Below, piece by piece: positions 51,307 through 64,000 of a stretch of DNA of 64,000 nucleotides. Origin of the DNA: Eledone cirrhosa (Eukaryota). Below the pieces are notes generated by a model. The model was not told the origin of the DNA and ran no database searches. It worked only from the letters and a program-made list of their open reading frames with translations. The position numbers and the translations under genes are program-made. Every line of letters starts with the position of its first letter. Position 1 is the stretch's first letter. The stretch is taken from assembly GCA_964016885.1 (NCBI GenBank), contig OZ024741.1, forward strand, positions 212,102,001 through 212,166,000, given 5' to 3'.

Positions 51307-52305
51307 ATATATATATATATAATTAGAAATAGACGTATATAAATAAATAAATACGTATATATATATATAAATATAAATTAGCGAGAATCGTTTTCAGCTC
51401 AGGAATTAACGAAAATCAACGTCCGATATGTGTGGCAAGCGCTCGATGAATCATATGAATCAGAGCTACAACATACGTTAAGGGCCAAACACACTGAGAT
51501 GATGGTTAAACATATCATCCGCACAGCCAAAACAAAACGACCAAGTAATTCGGGTCAAACAATAAAAATATATGTGTTGATACTTTCCCGGACCCTGGAC
51601 AGATGGTAAAATCCAGTATTGGTATATATAAACATGAGAAGATTGAATACTGTGTAGTTGCACATGGGTTACATATGATAAAAATAGTCCTTCATCAGTG
51701 ATTTTCCAACCCTCATTGGTATTTCATCGCTTTAAAAATAATATACCTGCAGTTGGTGCGAGCAATAGCTAAATAAAGCTATTGGGACAAGTAAATCGCG
51801 TAAAGCGAGCGAGACAAGTAAACAAACATAGAAGGATAGCAACACAAAGATAGGAAAAAACAAGAACATGGGAGTCCGATCACCTTAAGCTGTGTGGATT
51901 TCATGGGCGAGAGACAGCAGACCGTCCGACACGAGTAAGGTGTGAGCAAGAAAGGACCCCATTTCAGGCCAAATATATATATATATACGTATTTATTTAT
52001 ATATGGTTATACACGCAAACACACACACTCATATATATATATATTTTTATGTGTATTTGGTGTATACAGTTGTATGCGTGCGGGTACAGGCGGTGAGTGG
52101 GTTCTGTATGTGCGTGCGGCTTTTTATTTATTTTTTTTTTTTTAGTGCACGTGCGTGTATTTGTATACCTATGGCGAGTGTTTTCGCATATGCTTGTGAT
52201 TGTACGTATATGGATGCGTGTATGTATTTATTTAATTTCATTTACCTCTGTATTTTATTTACTTTATTCTTAACTCTGAAGCCGTGAATCATTCGGTTTC
52301 CTAGT

Positions 52306-52582
52306 TAGAATTTTAGTCTACGACTTCAGTTATACCATTTACGTGGTTTTGTCTTTGCGTGCAATTGTTCTCCACGCTCCACATATGACGATTTATCTTC
52401 GTTTTTTACGTTCATTGCCAGAGAATGTCTCAATGAACCACCTAATAGAATATTAGTCTACGACTTCAGTTATACAATAAACGTGGTTTTGTCTTTGCGT
52501 GTAATTGTTTTTCACCGCTCCAAATAATGACGTATTATATTCCTTTTTTCCCGTTCTTTGCCAGGGAACGTGTCCACGAACC
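52306..52582. repeat. Diverged ~140-bp tandem duplication
   Basis: ttagtctacgacttcagttatac...acgtggttttgtctttgcgtg occurs twice. Confidence 0.8.
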
Positions 52583-52808
52583 AAAGTATCGTCTTTCTTG
52601 CAACGTTTTTTGAAATATCCAGTTTTGCGTTCACAGATTAACTTTGTTAGTTTCAGAAGATCCCCTTAAGGGTGAAAGCAGCGATTCTTTGCTTAAACTT
52701 TAATCTGTTATTTTAATAAATATTTGCTCTACGGTTCTTATATATTTGATATATATTTATCCTTATCGAGCCCTCTTTGGATTTTAGTCTTGAAATTTAT
52801 TATTATAA

Positions 52809-52876
<68 letters not shown>

Positions 52877-53471
52877 ATATAGAAAGATAACTATCTCCTG
52901 CTTCCATTCTCAATCGAGTATGTCATGGTAGTTTTTACCATGCTTCCGCTAAAGTTTTTAGGTTCACATACAGTAGAGATACAAGCAGAGACAACCTCTC
53001 GGGACTAACGTTTCCTTGATCCAGCGAATCATCCGGGATATAACTACTGAATGTAGAGAAGCCTGCACCAACAATAGGTTAATACATTTGTAAAGACTCC
53101 GAAAGGAGAAAAAGCACAATAGACATCGATAGGATATGAATTCACTAGATAGACAGCCGGAATATATATAGAACGCTGTAATGACTCCACCTTATCGATC
53201 ATCTTAGAACAGATAGTTGAGTTGTAACATTATTGGCCTTGTATAGATGTAAAAAAACAGGCGAAACATGTGTAGAGTCCTTACAACGAGAGATAGAATG
53301 GTATAAGTTATAGGGTCGGGTTCTCTGTAATGTAAGTTAAAATATCACCAAGGTTAATTTTGCCTTTCATCATTTTGGGGTCGATAACAAATAATGCCAT
53401 TCGAGTACTGGGTTCTTTTCATCCTTACTATCACCTTCTCACAATCCCACTCTCTGTCTTCAACCAGTAGG

Positions 53472-53520
<49 letters not shown>

Positions 53521-53526
<6 letters not shown>

Positions 53527-53659
53527 AGATCGGAACTATCTGTCGAAACGGCCGGATCTCAGCTGTCAGAGTCCTGACGTTTTTATATTACCCACTCTAC
53601 TACCCTAAGTATCGAGTACTCTGGTGCGTTTTGGTCCACCTTGTATCTTACCACACCTT

Positions 53660-53662
<3 letters not shown>
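53521..53662 (+). mobile_element. Solo PLE terminus of the 47647/9661 family
   Basis: tgtcgaaacggccgg...gtcctgac...attacccactctac...ggtccacc...accacaccttc between two TA tracts. Confidence 0.7.
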
Positions 53663-53746
<84 letters not shown>

Positions 53747-54822
53747 GTGTGTGTGTGTATGCGTGCATGTATATATATATATAACTGTACAAGGTAAACT
53801 GTCTCCCCCAAAATGTGATTTGGGCTTAAATTTAATACATATATCAGAATGGAACTGGTAAGCTCTATTAGACTATTCCTCACGAGTGGTACTCTATACT
53901 TGGGGTAGTAGAGTGTGTGTGTATGCATGTTACCAGCTGAACTTAACAGAAAATCGTCTTTATTACAAGTAATTAATATCGATATCAGTAGCAGGGCCCT
54001 TAATCAAATCTTCATCTAGCCAGAAAGTTTAGCAACCTAATTTCAAATTAATAATTATCATAATGGAAAAAGAAAGAAAAAAATCTCTTGGCTGATAATA
54101 AAGGAAGTAGAAGTCACCTTTCCTCCCCACCATAAACAACAAAACAAAACAAAACGAAAAAAATATATAAAAATATATAAAAATATACCAAGAATTTCAT
54201 AAAGAAACAAAGATGAATAAATATGGTTTCAATAAAAAATTGAAATATAGGAAAGGTAATAGATCTGAAGAGTAAGGAAAGACAAGGCAGATGAACAATG
54301 GAAGTATCTAGAAAGATATGTAATTAATAATGCACCTGGGTTAATTTTAATGTGAACAACATATAATTAAATGGGAAGTAACGGAGATATTTCTAGTGAG
54401 AGGTAAAAATAAAGGGGGTAAAATGCTGTTGTTGTTGGAGTTAGATTTCACTTTGTTGTTGTTGCAGAAAGTTAGCTATGGCTTTTATGATATTGTATTA
54501 TATGAGGAATTACATACCAACCATAGTTACCTTGTATATAATCATAAATATGTGTATGATATGCATACATGCAAGCAGTATATGTGTGTCTTTATATATA
54601 TATATATGCTTATATATGTGTGTGTATATATATACAAACGTATATATATATATATGTGTGTGTGTATGTATGTGTGTGTGTATATGTAGGTGTGTGTGTA
54701 CGCATACATAAAAATATATATTTCCTTATGTCTATCTCATTATCTGTATTCATCTTTCTTGCTCTCTCTCTCTCAATATATATATATGTGTGTGTGTGTG
54801 TGGAGAGAGAGAGAGAGTGAGT

Positions 54823-54864
<42 letters not shown>

Positions 54865-55057
54865 AAGAAAGAAAGAAAGAAAGAAAGGGAGTGAAAGAAA
54901 GAAATAAAGAAAGAAAGATGGAGAGAGAGAGAGACGTAATATATGTTAAACTAAAAAGATAGGGAAGATAAAGAGGGAGCGAAGGCGGTGAATTAGTGTA
55001 AGGTAATCCACCAACGTACACAATTTTTTCCTTTAAGCTTATATATATATATATATT

Positions 55058-55107
<50 letters not shown>

Positions 55108-55192
55108 AATATATGTATAATACTTATCTTACTAGATAATATACAACAGGGCTAATTCGTTGCTTTGCATTTTCACTTGCCACGTTAACTTA

Positions 55193-55234
<42 letters not shown>

Positions 55235-56040
55235 TATATATAATATATATATATATATTATATATATTATATATATATGATATATATATAATATATATAT
55301 TTATAATATATATATAATATGTATGTATAATATATATACATATATAGTATGTATAATATATATACATATATAGTATTTATATAATATATATATATATTAT
55401 ATATATATAATATATATGATATATATATATAATATATACAATATATGTAATATATACATAATATATACATATTTGCACACACATATATATACATATTTTT
55501 CACACACATATATATACATATTTGCACACAGATATATATATATATATACATATATACATATTTACATATCTCTATATATATACATACATATATATAAAAG
55601 AATGAAAGGATGAATGGAATGCGGAGTATGTAGAATGCTATGGGGTGTGTCTATGACGATCAGTTCAGAAGTAGTTGATAAATACATTGTATTGAGCAAT
55701 ATTGGCAACGAAAAGATATATCTTCGTTATTGTTCATTGATTTTGTCAGTTAGAAATATTTTTGGTTTCTTCTTTTTTTCTCTGTCTGTTCCTGTATTAG
55801 TGAGTGTTAAATGAAAGCAGCTTCGAAAAGAATCCGCCATATTTATTTGATTATTCAAAATGATAAACTTAAACCTATCATCAGCTAACGACTGTTTCGC
55901 ATTGTATTAGTGCGTAATTTTTCTTTTATAGTTTAGCATTCCCATCTTGGGTTCCCTTTTTGGTATCGGTCTTTGTCTCTCTGTTTGAAGATATGTATAT
56001 GTAGACATGCATATATTTATGAATTATATATATATATATA

Positions 56041-56741
56041 TATGAATGTGTATATAGTGTATTTTGCAATACACTGTATGCTTAATTAAAAGCATTTCGA
56101 AGACCTTACGCTATTGTTTTAGAGTAGTGACAGTCTCACTTACTTTAATTTTCCGCAAACAGGGAGATAAAGCTGACAGCGCTCTGTTACGCACTTTTTG
56201 GTGCTTATCAAAGCTAAGTACTCCACATGTTTGCTGAAAATCATTTATGTTTGATTCTTATAGAATTCTAGTAATAATCAGGAACTGATTATACAGAGCG
56301 GTTGCCGGTCAAGCAGAAATTGAAAATTAGAATTGGTGCTCTGAAATAGCGATATATATATATGAATGTATATATAGTGTATTTTGCAATACACTGCATG
56401 CTTAATTAAAAGCATTTAGAAGACCTTACGCTAGTGTTTTAGAGTAGTGACAGTCTCACTTACTTTAAATTTTCAGCAAACAGTTCCTGATTATTACTAG
56501 AATTCTAAAAGTATCAAACATTCATGATTTTCAGCAGACAGGTAGAGTACTTGGCTTTGATAAGTACCAATCAGTACGAAACAGAGCTCTTTCAGCTTTA
56601 TCTCCCCTTTTGGCAGAAAATTAAAGTAAGTGAGACTGTCACTACTTTAAAACAATAGCGTATGGTCGTGGAAATGCTTTTAATTAAGCATACAGTGTAT
56701 TGAACAATACACTATCGCTATTTCAGAGCACCAATTCTAAT
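56041..56741. mobile_element. Family R1: about 1.4 tandem ~300-320 bp units on minus plus an inverted unit on plus
   Basis: Direct repeat with 320-bp spacing (56041/56361); 56481-56716 is the inverse of 56054-56288; one HHR in each orientation. Confidence 0.8.
56553..56597 (+). ncRNA. Type I hammerhead motif with U3-A8 core; partner at 56171-56215 on minus
   Basis: ggct TTGATAA gtac-caatca-gtac GAAA cag-agct-ctt TC agct; partner agct TTGATAA gcac-caaaaa-gtgc GtAA cag-agcg-ctg TC agct. Confidence 0.7.
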
Positions 56742-56759
56742 ATATATATATATATAAAC

Positions 56760-57165
56760 GGAAAAAATGAAACGATATTTCATTTCCCACTCTTAGTACG
56801 GCTGTTACTTAAATATAAGTATGTACACGTACATACATATATGTATACCGACGTACAGTAGTATGTATATATATATATACATACATGCACACATATATAT
56901 ATGCACGTATGGATTCACCGAACACTTATTATAATGCTCGGTGTGTTTGTAAACAAACATCCCGTATTAAGCCGTAGTGTCTAGCAAGCACCGTTGCTCG
57001 TTTGTTCAACACTGACAAAGGAACGCTGTACTAGTTTCAAGCTTGTTAGCTATCGTCAGCAACGTATACCCTCCTGCCAGATTGTTGAACGTATATACTT
57101 ACCTTATGCATATTAACGGCTGAGTAGCCCAATTTGCATATCGAGTGGGTTAATCGGCCGGGTGC
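56760..57165 (-). mobile_element. Family R2 second copy with HHR at 57025-57063
   Basis: Minus: gttg CTGACGA tagct-aaca-agctt GAAA cta GTA cagc; colinear with 31145-31572. Confidence 0.8.
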
Positions 57166-57203
57166 ATATAAATATATGAACATGTGTGTGTATGTGCATA
57201 TAA

Positions 57204-57235
<32 letters not shown>

Positions 57236-57381
57236 TTATGTGTGTGTTTAATATCTACAATTTATGTACTTGTAGAACTATACTATATATGTGCTATGCT
57301 ATATATGTGAAATAGTTTCCTCGCATGTCGATATACGCCGAGAGAGTCCATCGATAATACGTATATATAAACATATATATA

Positions 57382-57456
<75 letters not shown>

Positions 57457-57459
<3 letters not shown>

Positions 57460-58600
57460 ATATTAATAAATGGAAACTATATTTATAAAATCATATTTAT
57501 TTTATTATACATATTTCAAGGGCAACCAAGGTAAATTATGGTGCGCTTTCACCAGATAAAATACAGATTTGGTTTATAAATAAATATTGACATACCCGGA
57601 AAAAAACACAACCTTAACGGTTGGAGCTTCCTGGATAGTGGAGATAGTACATTTATTGAGGGTAATATAAGTTATGAGTGAGTATGCAAAGGTTGAAAAG
57701 ATAACGGTTTATTTAATTTAAACTGTTGGAAGAACATGATATGTAAGGGAGAGAGAAAAAAAGCAAAAAAGAAATAGTAAAAGGAAGGAGAAAGATATAA
57801 GTGGAAAAAAAAATCTTTAATAAACATACTATTAAACTCTCATATTCCACCACTATGAATTTAGCGCAGAATATTAATAGAATTAATAATAGAAACTTAA
57901 AACCTAACCAGAATAGCATTAATAACCCTAGCAATATCCAATATAATGTTACGGCTCCCAATAATATAAACTCAGATAAATATAATTGTAGAAATAAATC
58001 TAACTGTCCTCTAAATAATAATTGTTTAGTTAAAAATATAGTATACAATTGTAATGTCAAAACAAATGAAAACTCCTTTAACTATGTCGGCTCTACTTCC
58101 ACAGACTTCAAATCTCGTTTTAATAACCATAAATGTTCCTTTACGAATATTGGTAAAAAATCTTCAACTTTTCTATCTAACTTATTATGGGACTAAAATC
58201 CGAGAATATTAACTATTCTTTACTTTGGAAAATTATTTCCCAATCTCCTCCATACACTGCTTTATCCAAAAATTGCTCACTCTGCGTTGAAGAAATATTC
58301 TTTATACTAAAAATAATGAACTCTATTAATTTGCGGAATAATTGATTTAGTTCATGTAAACGTCGTTTAAACTCAACTTTTAAATATATATATAAAATGT
58401 AATATATGATTTATCTCCTTTACATAATGTTTTCTATATCTGTATATGATTCATATATATTTAATTTACTTTCTATTATCTCTACGTTTATATGACTGCT
58501 TGAAACTCCTTTAAGAACAATTTTATTTGAAAAACTTACAGAAGGTTTTAGGAAAAATCTATTGAAAATTCCTTTGAAAGATATAGAAAAACCATTATTT
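57457..58600 (+). mobile_element. Lineage C PLE fragment: inverted 3' terminus (degenerate HHR 57498-57563 on minus) then endonuclease fragment
   Basis: 57457-57640 is the inverse of the lineage C terminus (compare 41079-41262); coding fragment starts near 57810. Confidence 0.8.
57810..58401 (+). pseudogene. GIY-YIG endonuclease fragment, frameshifted
   Basis: IFNKHTIKLSYS, NCRNKSNCPLNNNCL, IVYNC, YVGST, then CSLCVEEIFFILK; close to the 36149-36720 region. Confidence 0.9.
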
Positions 58601-58609
58601 TCATACCTA

Positions 58610-58800
58610 AGGGCGGTGGATTGGCAGTATTGGTAGAGGGTCGGACGCCATGCTTTCCAGCATAGTTACGTCCCTTTACGATCTGAGTTCAAATCCCGCC
58701 GAGGTTGACTTTGCCTTTCATCCTTACGGGGTCGATAAAATAAAGTACCACTAATGCACTGGGTAATTGCTGGCCTTGTGCCTCAAGTAGAAACAATTAT
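58610..58800 (+). mobile_element. SINE S1, full length
   Basis: Near-consensus copy. Confidence 0.85.
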
Positions 58801-59343
58801 TTTCATTCCTTCCAATATTTTTATATTTTCAAATATTTTTATATTTTTATATTTTTATATCTTCAAACGTTTTTAATATATATATCCAAGTGTTTATGTG
58901 GAAAACCATGTTTTTTATATATAGTTTTTTTTTATATATATATGTGGAATAACCTATGATTTATGCTTTAAATATATTCAAAAGAGAAAATTTAAAAAAA
59001 TTGTTTAACTTATAGCAAGTAAATTTATGACTTAGTATAAAATAACATATGGTTCATGTTTTAATTATATTCTTAAGATAAACAATTTTAACTTTTTAAC
59101 CTTATAACATTTAATCCTTGGCGTCATCTGACATCTTAAAAAATCACTTCTAACTTCCTTTACACTTCCTTACGGTTTTTATAATATCATTAATTTTCTG
59201 TGCTTGTTGCACAAGTCGCTAAGATGGTCACATCACAAACATTTTTCCAATCGACCCACGTTGAGCAATAAAAAATTGATATCAAAATTATCGGTAGCAA
59301 TATTGATGTAAGGGAGATAACCAACTTTATTGACAATCCTTAT

Positions 59344-59547
59344 TTTTCCCTTCGTGTTGCCTTTGCGATGTCTATAAACAAGTCGCAAGGTCAAACTATG
59401 TCCGTCACTGGAATTCACTTGGATGAACCTTGCTTTTCGCACGGGCAATTCTACGTTGCCTGCTTACGAGTTGGCAGTCGAGATAATCTATTTGCGTTTG
59501 TTCCGAAAAGAAAAACAAAGAATATCGTCTATCCTGAAGTGCTTTAG
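59344..59547 (+). pseudogene. Helitron RepHel PIF1-type helicase C-terminus, not in the ORF track
   Basis: Hand translation LRVAFAMSINKSQGQT...PCFSHGQFYVACLRVG...TKNIVYPEVL* (PIF1 helicase motifs V and VI). Confidence 0.9.
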
Positions 59548-60024
59548 TGTTAACAAAAAAAACTTATTACAGCTCTGCCTTAACTTCACCTTACTCATTA
59601 CAAAACATACCAATGAATATGTCTTGCAGGATATTTTGGATATAAGTTCAAAATGTAACCATACACAGCAAAGGATGCTCTCAAAGAATTGATTTTCTCT
59701 TATTCTACTCTCATTGTATTTTTGTTTGTATACAACTCTGCTTTCATTACAACTTTTTGTACTTTAGCAAAACTGCCTGTTTTTTTACAGATTTGCAACG
59801 TGTATTGTCTTTAATCATTTGTATAACTACATCCTGTTCAGTGTTTTCCTTCATTATCAACATAGTTTTATGTGTACAAAGATTGCACTAAATATTCGTT
59901 TGCATTAATTATTGAAGACTTCTGTTTATTTTGACAAGTTGGGGACAAATAATATTCTTATACTTCCTAGCTGTATATTCTTAGCATAATTGCAAACCCC
60001 GAGCAACGCCGGGTAAATCTGGTA

Positions 60025-60025
<1 letters not shown>
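59344..60025 (+). mobile_element. Helitron 3' portion
   Basis: Helicase end plus terminal hairpin cccg-agcaacgc-cggg and gTAG|t, the same terminus type as 46684-46711. Confidence 0.8.
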
Positions 60026-60075
<50 letters not shown>

Positions 60076-60076
<1 letters not shown>

Positions 60077-63017
60077 CGGCGATGAATTAGTTTTGCGAGG
60101 TTTTTTATATGAAATCGTGTGTCGAAACAGATATTGTTATATTTGGGGAGGGTCATATTTGCGTAATATTGCCAGAATTAATAACAGAACACACTCACTG
60201 TTTGGTTGGTTTTCGCTTCTCGCTGTCTTTTATATATATATATCTGCGATCTAACTTACTCGGTCCTCAATGTTGCCATTGACTGACCGGCGGTTAAAAA
60301 TAATACAGATACAATATAGACAAACACATATATATATAGTTTACATAAATCTTTCGTTGCACATCTGCAACATCGTCAGTGGTGTTATATTCATTGTTCC
60401 TCCTGTTGTGTTGTATGTCTACGCCATTTTTTTTTTTTTGTTCAGTCTGTCTATATATTTATTTATTTATTTATTTGCTTGTTTGTTTATCTTATTTTAT
60501 TTTGTCTTCTTTGCGCATGCGTTTGCGTGTGTGTATAGTGTTATGTGTGATGTGTGACTAGTGTGTATAGTGTTGTGTCTGCTGGGTGACTAGTGTGTGT
60601 TTATGTGCTTGTGTATGTATTTATTTATCTTATTTTATTTAATTTAATTTACTTATTTATTTATACTTCTCTTAGGTCAGTGTTGTTTGTTTGGGTGTTG
60701 TTGTTGTTCCACTCATTCTTTCTGTTTAGCTTTGGTCTTCTAATTTCTATTTCACTGGCCTCTCTGATTTGCCTATCTGCTGGGTCATTCCTATGTTTAG
60801 ATATTATTCTAATTTCTATGTTGTCTATGTTACCGTCATGATGTTGTCTAGCATGTTCGTATAGTACTGACCCGTTTTTTCGTCCTTTTAGTTCCCCCCA
60901 GTGTTGGTCTATCCTTTCACCTATGCTACGAGCTGTCTCACCTATGTATGTTGTTGTCGTGTTTCTGCAAGTACCCTCTGTACATCTTATGCTATAGACT
61001 ACGTTTCTAGTTTTACAGTTTATCCGGGGGTTCACCTTACATATGATACATTTCCTATTGGTACAGTGGGTTTTCTTAAAAGGGTAGGTTTTGCTGATCA
61101 GGGATTTTATGGTGGTTCCTGGCTTTTCTACCACCTTTATTTTTAAGTGGGTCTTTCTCAGGGCCTTTCTACACTGGTTAGCTAATTTCCCTCCAGGGGT
61201 GGCGTCCACAAACATGACACTCTGATATCTCTGGTTGTCGTACCATGATGTGGCCTTCCCTATCTTATGTCTAGCCCTATCTAAGCTATTCCATGATTTG
61301 CTCCTGTATAGTGGGCAAATTCCTTTCATGTCCAGTTCTATGAGGGTCTTATACTTTTCCATGGCTCCTTCGTATACTCTGACTCTGTCTCTTTGGTTGT
61401 AGCCAGAGAACTGCATGCGGTTGATGAAGTGTTGGATGTGTCCTTCCATTTCTGTTGGGTCGCACATGCTGGACACATTCTTCATCACTCGTACCAAATC
61501 TGCGATCAGAATATTAAACTTAGCACTACTGGACATTGCTGAGTTTTTGAGTATCAGGTATTTGGAGGCCATGGGTTTAGCATAGTGTGAGTGGAGAATT
61601 TGGGCTCTCTCGTCTATAGTGTTAATCCAGAGTTCTGTGTCTAATACAGGTAGTCTATTGTTAGGGTGTTTGGAAGGGAAGTCTATAGTTACAGTTATAC
61701 TCTGGTGTATGGAATTAGCTATCTGCTGGATGCTTTCCATCGTGCTACGTTCTAAATCAAACTTGTTAGTGCTCTCTAGTGGGGGTGTTCTTATAACTAT
61801 ATTGATATCGTCTACATAACGAGAGTACATGATGAGGTCTATGGAGCTTTCATTAAGGAGATCTTTAAGTCTCCTTTCCCACCATACCATGAAAAGGTTG
61901 GCAACATCGCCAGCTATGCTGACGCCGATGGCTGCTCCCTCATTTTGGGTGTAGATTTTCTCATTGAACTTAAATATGTGGCCCTTTAGGGTAGTTTTGA
62001 TACTAGCCCCTATTGCATGTGCAACCATTTTTCTTACCTGATCAGTGTTTTGGGGGGTCCGTATAGCTTTGGTCCACCCAATCCACCTTCCTATGGGAGT
62101 CTTTTTAGCCATTGAGGTTATGGTGGGGGGTCTACCTCTTATAGGTCTACTAGGGCAGAAACATCTAAGGTCATGGCTGTCTATGCAGAAACACGACAAC
62201 AACATACATAGGTGAGACAGCTCGTAGCATAGGTGAAAGGATAGACCAACACTGGGGGGAACTAAAAGGACGAAAAAACGGGTCAGTACTATACGAACAT
62301 GCTAGACAACATCATGACGGTAACATAGACAACATAGAAATTAGAATAATATCTAAACATAGGAATGACCCAGCAGATAGGCAAATCAGAGAGGCCAGTG
62401 AAATAGAAATTAGAAGACCAAAGCTAAACAGAAAGAATGAGTGGAACAACAACAACACCCAAACAAACAACACTGACCTAAGAGAAGTATAAATAAATAA
62501 GTAAATTAAATTAAATAAAATAAGATAAATAAATACATACACAAGCACATAAACACACACTAGTCACCCAGCAGACACAACACTATACACACTAGTCACA
62601 CATCACACATAACACTATACACACACGCAAACGCATGCGCAAAGAAGACAAAATAAAATAAGATAAACAAACAAGCAAATAAATAAATAAATAAATATAT
62701 AGACAGACTGAACAAAAAAAAAAAATGGCGTAGACATACAACACAACAGGAGGAACAATGAATATAACACCACTGACGATGTTGCAGATGTGCAACGAAA
62801 GATTTATGTAAACTATATATATATGTGTTTGTCTATATTGTATCTGTATTATTTTTAACCGCCGGTCAGTCAATGGCAACATTGAGGACCGAGTAAGTTA
62901 GATCGCAGATATATATATATAAAAGACAGCGAGAAGCGAAAACCAACCAAACAGTGAGTGTGTTCTGTTATTAATTCTGGCAATATTACGCAAATATGAC
63001 CCTCCCCAAATATAACA

Positions 63018-63021
<4 letters not shown>
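60076..63021 (-). mobile_element. Young fold-back lineage A PLE: minus arm 60076-62183, inverted arm 62184-63021
   Basis: 60131-60969 is a near-perfect reverse complement of 62184-63021; (TA)n on both sides. Confidence 0.95.
60661..62183 (-). pseudogene. 5'-truncated but uninterrupted RT C-half plus complete GIY-YIG domain
   Basis: Almost identical to the 42078-45128 protein from DSHDLRCF onward; the first ~8 residues of the listed ORF come from the inverted arm. Confidence 0.92.
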
Positions 63022-63100
<79 letters not shown>

Positions 63101-63108
63101 TGTGTGTG

Positions 63109-63295
<187 letters not shown>

Positions 63296-63429
63296 ATATA
63301 TATATAGTGGTAGAACACTGGAAGATAATATCCGTAATGGTAGACCACTCAGTCCATGGGACGTGTTAGGTAGAACTGGTTACACAGCAGTTAGTTCACC
63401 ATACCGAGAACAATGGTTTCACTTTAGCT

Positions 63430-63720
63430 GACCCGTAAATAATGTCATGAATCTTGGGTAATGTGCGAAAGAATACGATAGTGAATATAAGCGACTCAAA
63501 TGGGGTTCCCCCGAACGGTGTCTGGAGTAACGTTTCTCAATAGAGTGTGTAGATCGGAAATCAAAGAGTCACTCCCGGTAGAGCTGCTACTTCTTCGAAT
63601 TGAGAGGTCACAGCTCCGATACTATGGGCATATGGTTAGAATGTCTCTGGAGAGAACCACTGGACAGATTTTATGAGCAAAATCAATGGACAGGAGACCC
63701 GGGCGTAGACCCTGAATAAA
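63430..63720 (+). pseudogene. RTE-type LINE C-terminal remnant
   Basis: Hand translation HESWVM...SGVT...SEIKESLPVELLLLRIERSQLRYYGHMVRM...RRPGRRP with stops. Confidence 0.75.
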
Positions 63721-64000
63721 GAAGAATTTAGCTTCCAACAGAGCCTTATAAAAATATGTATTTGAATTTCATATTTCTAAAGAAATACGGTACGTTTATA
63801 AATACAGTATTTCTTTAGAAATACGAATTCCTGTATACAGCTCTGTTCGAGGCTAAATTCTAATTCTATTATATTATAATTTGAGCCAACTTATACAGCT
63901 CCATATGCAAACGAGATTAATCAGATCATTTACACGGACGAAAAAACTATATATTTTCGCCTGTTTTCAAAGTCGGGCAGTTACACGCGCAGGAGAGATC

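Overview
This is AT-rich, microsatellite-saturated eukaryotic repeat DNA with no recognisable host gene. The SINE family resembles octopus/cephalopod tRNA-derived SINEs, which is an inference from memory. The window is a nest of Penelope-like retroelements (PLEs; RT plus C-terminal GIY-YIG endonuclease) from at least three distinct lineages, mostly sitting in (TA)n tracts. Most copies are 5'-truncated and preceded by an inverted copy of their own 3' end, so they form fold-back structures. One copy (41301-45431) keeps a ~3.2 kb frame with an Asn-rich insertion. Reading by eye gives about 28 type I hammerhead ribozyme (HHR) motifs, intact or degenerate. They lie in PLE 3' UTRs and in at least three non-coding 300-470 bp terminally redundant, retrozyme-like units. 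One of these families shows C3-G8 to U3-A8 core covariation and compensatory stem II changes between copies. Also present are many SINEs (one with a 72-bp tandem tail expansion), Helitron remnants, a mariner-derived MITE and RTE/non-LTR remnants. Most ORFs in the track are microsatellite artefacts. All alignments and folds were done by eye, so boundaries are approximate.
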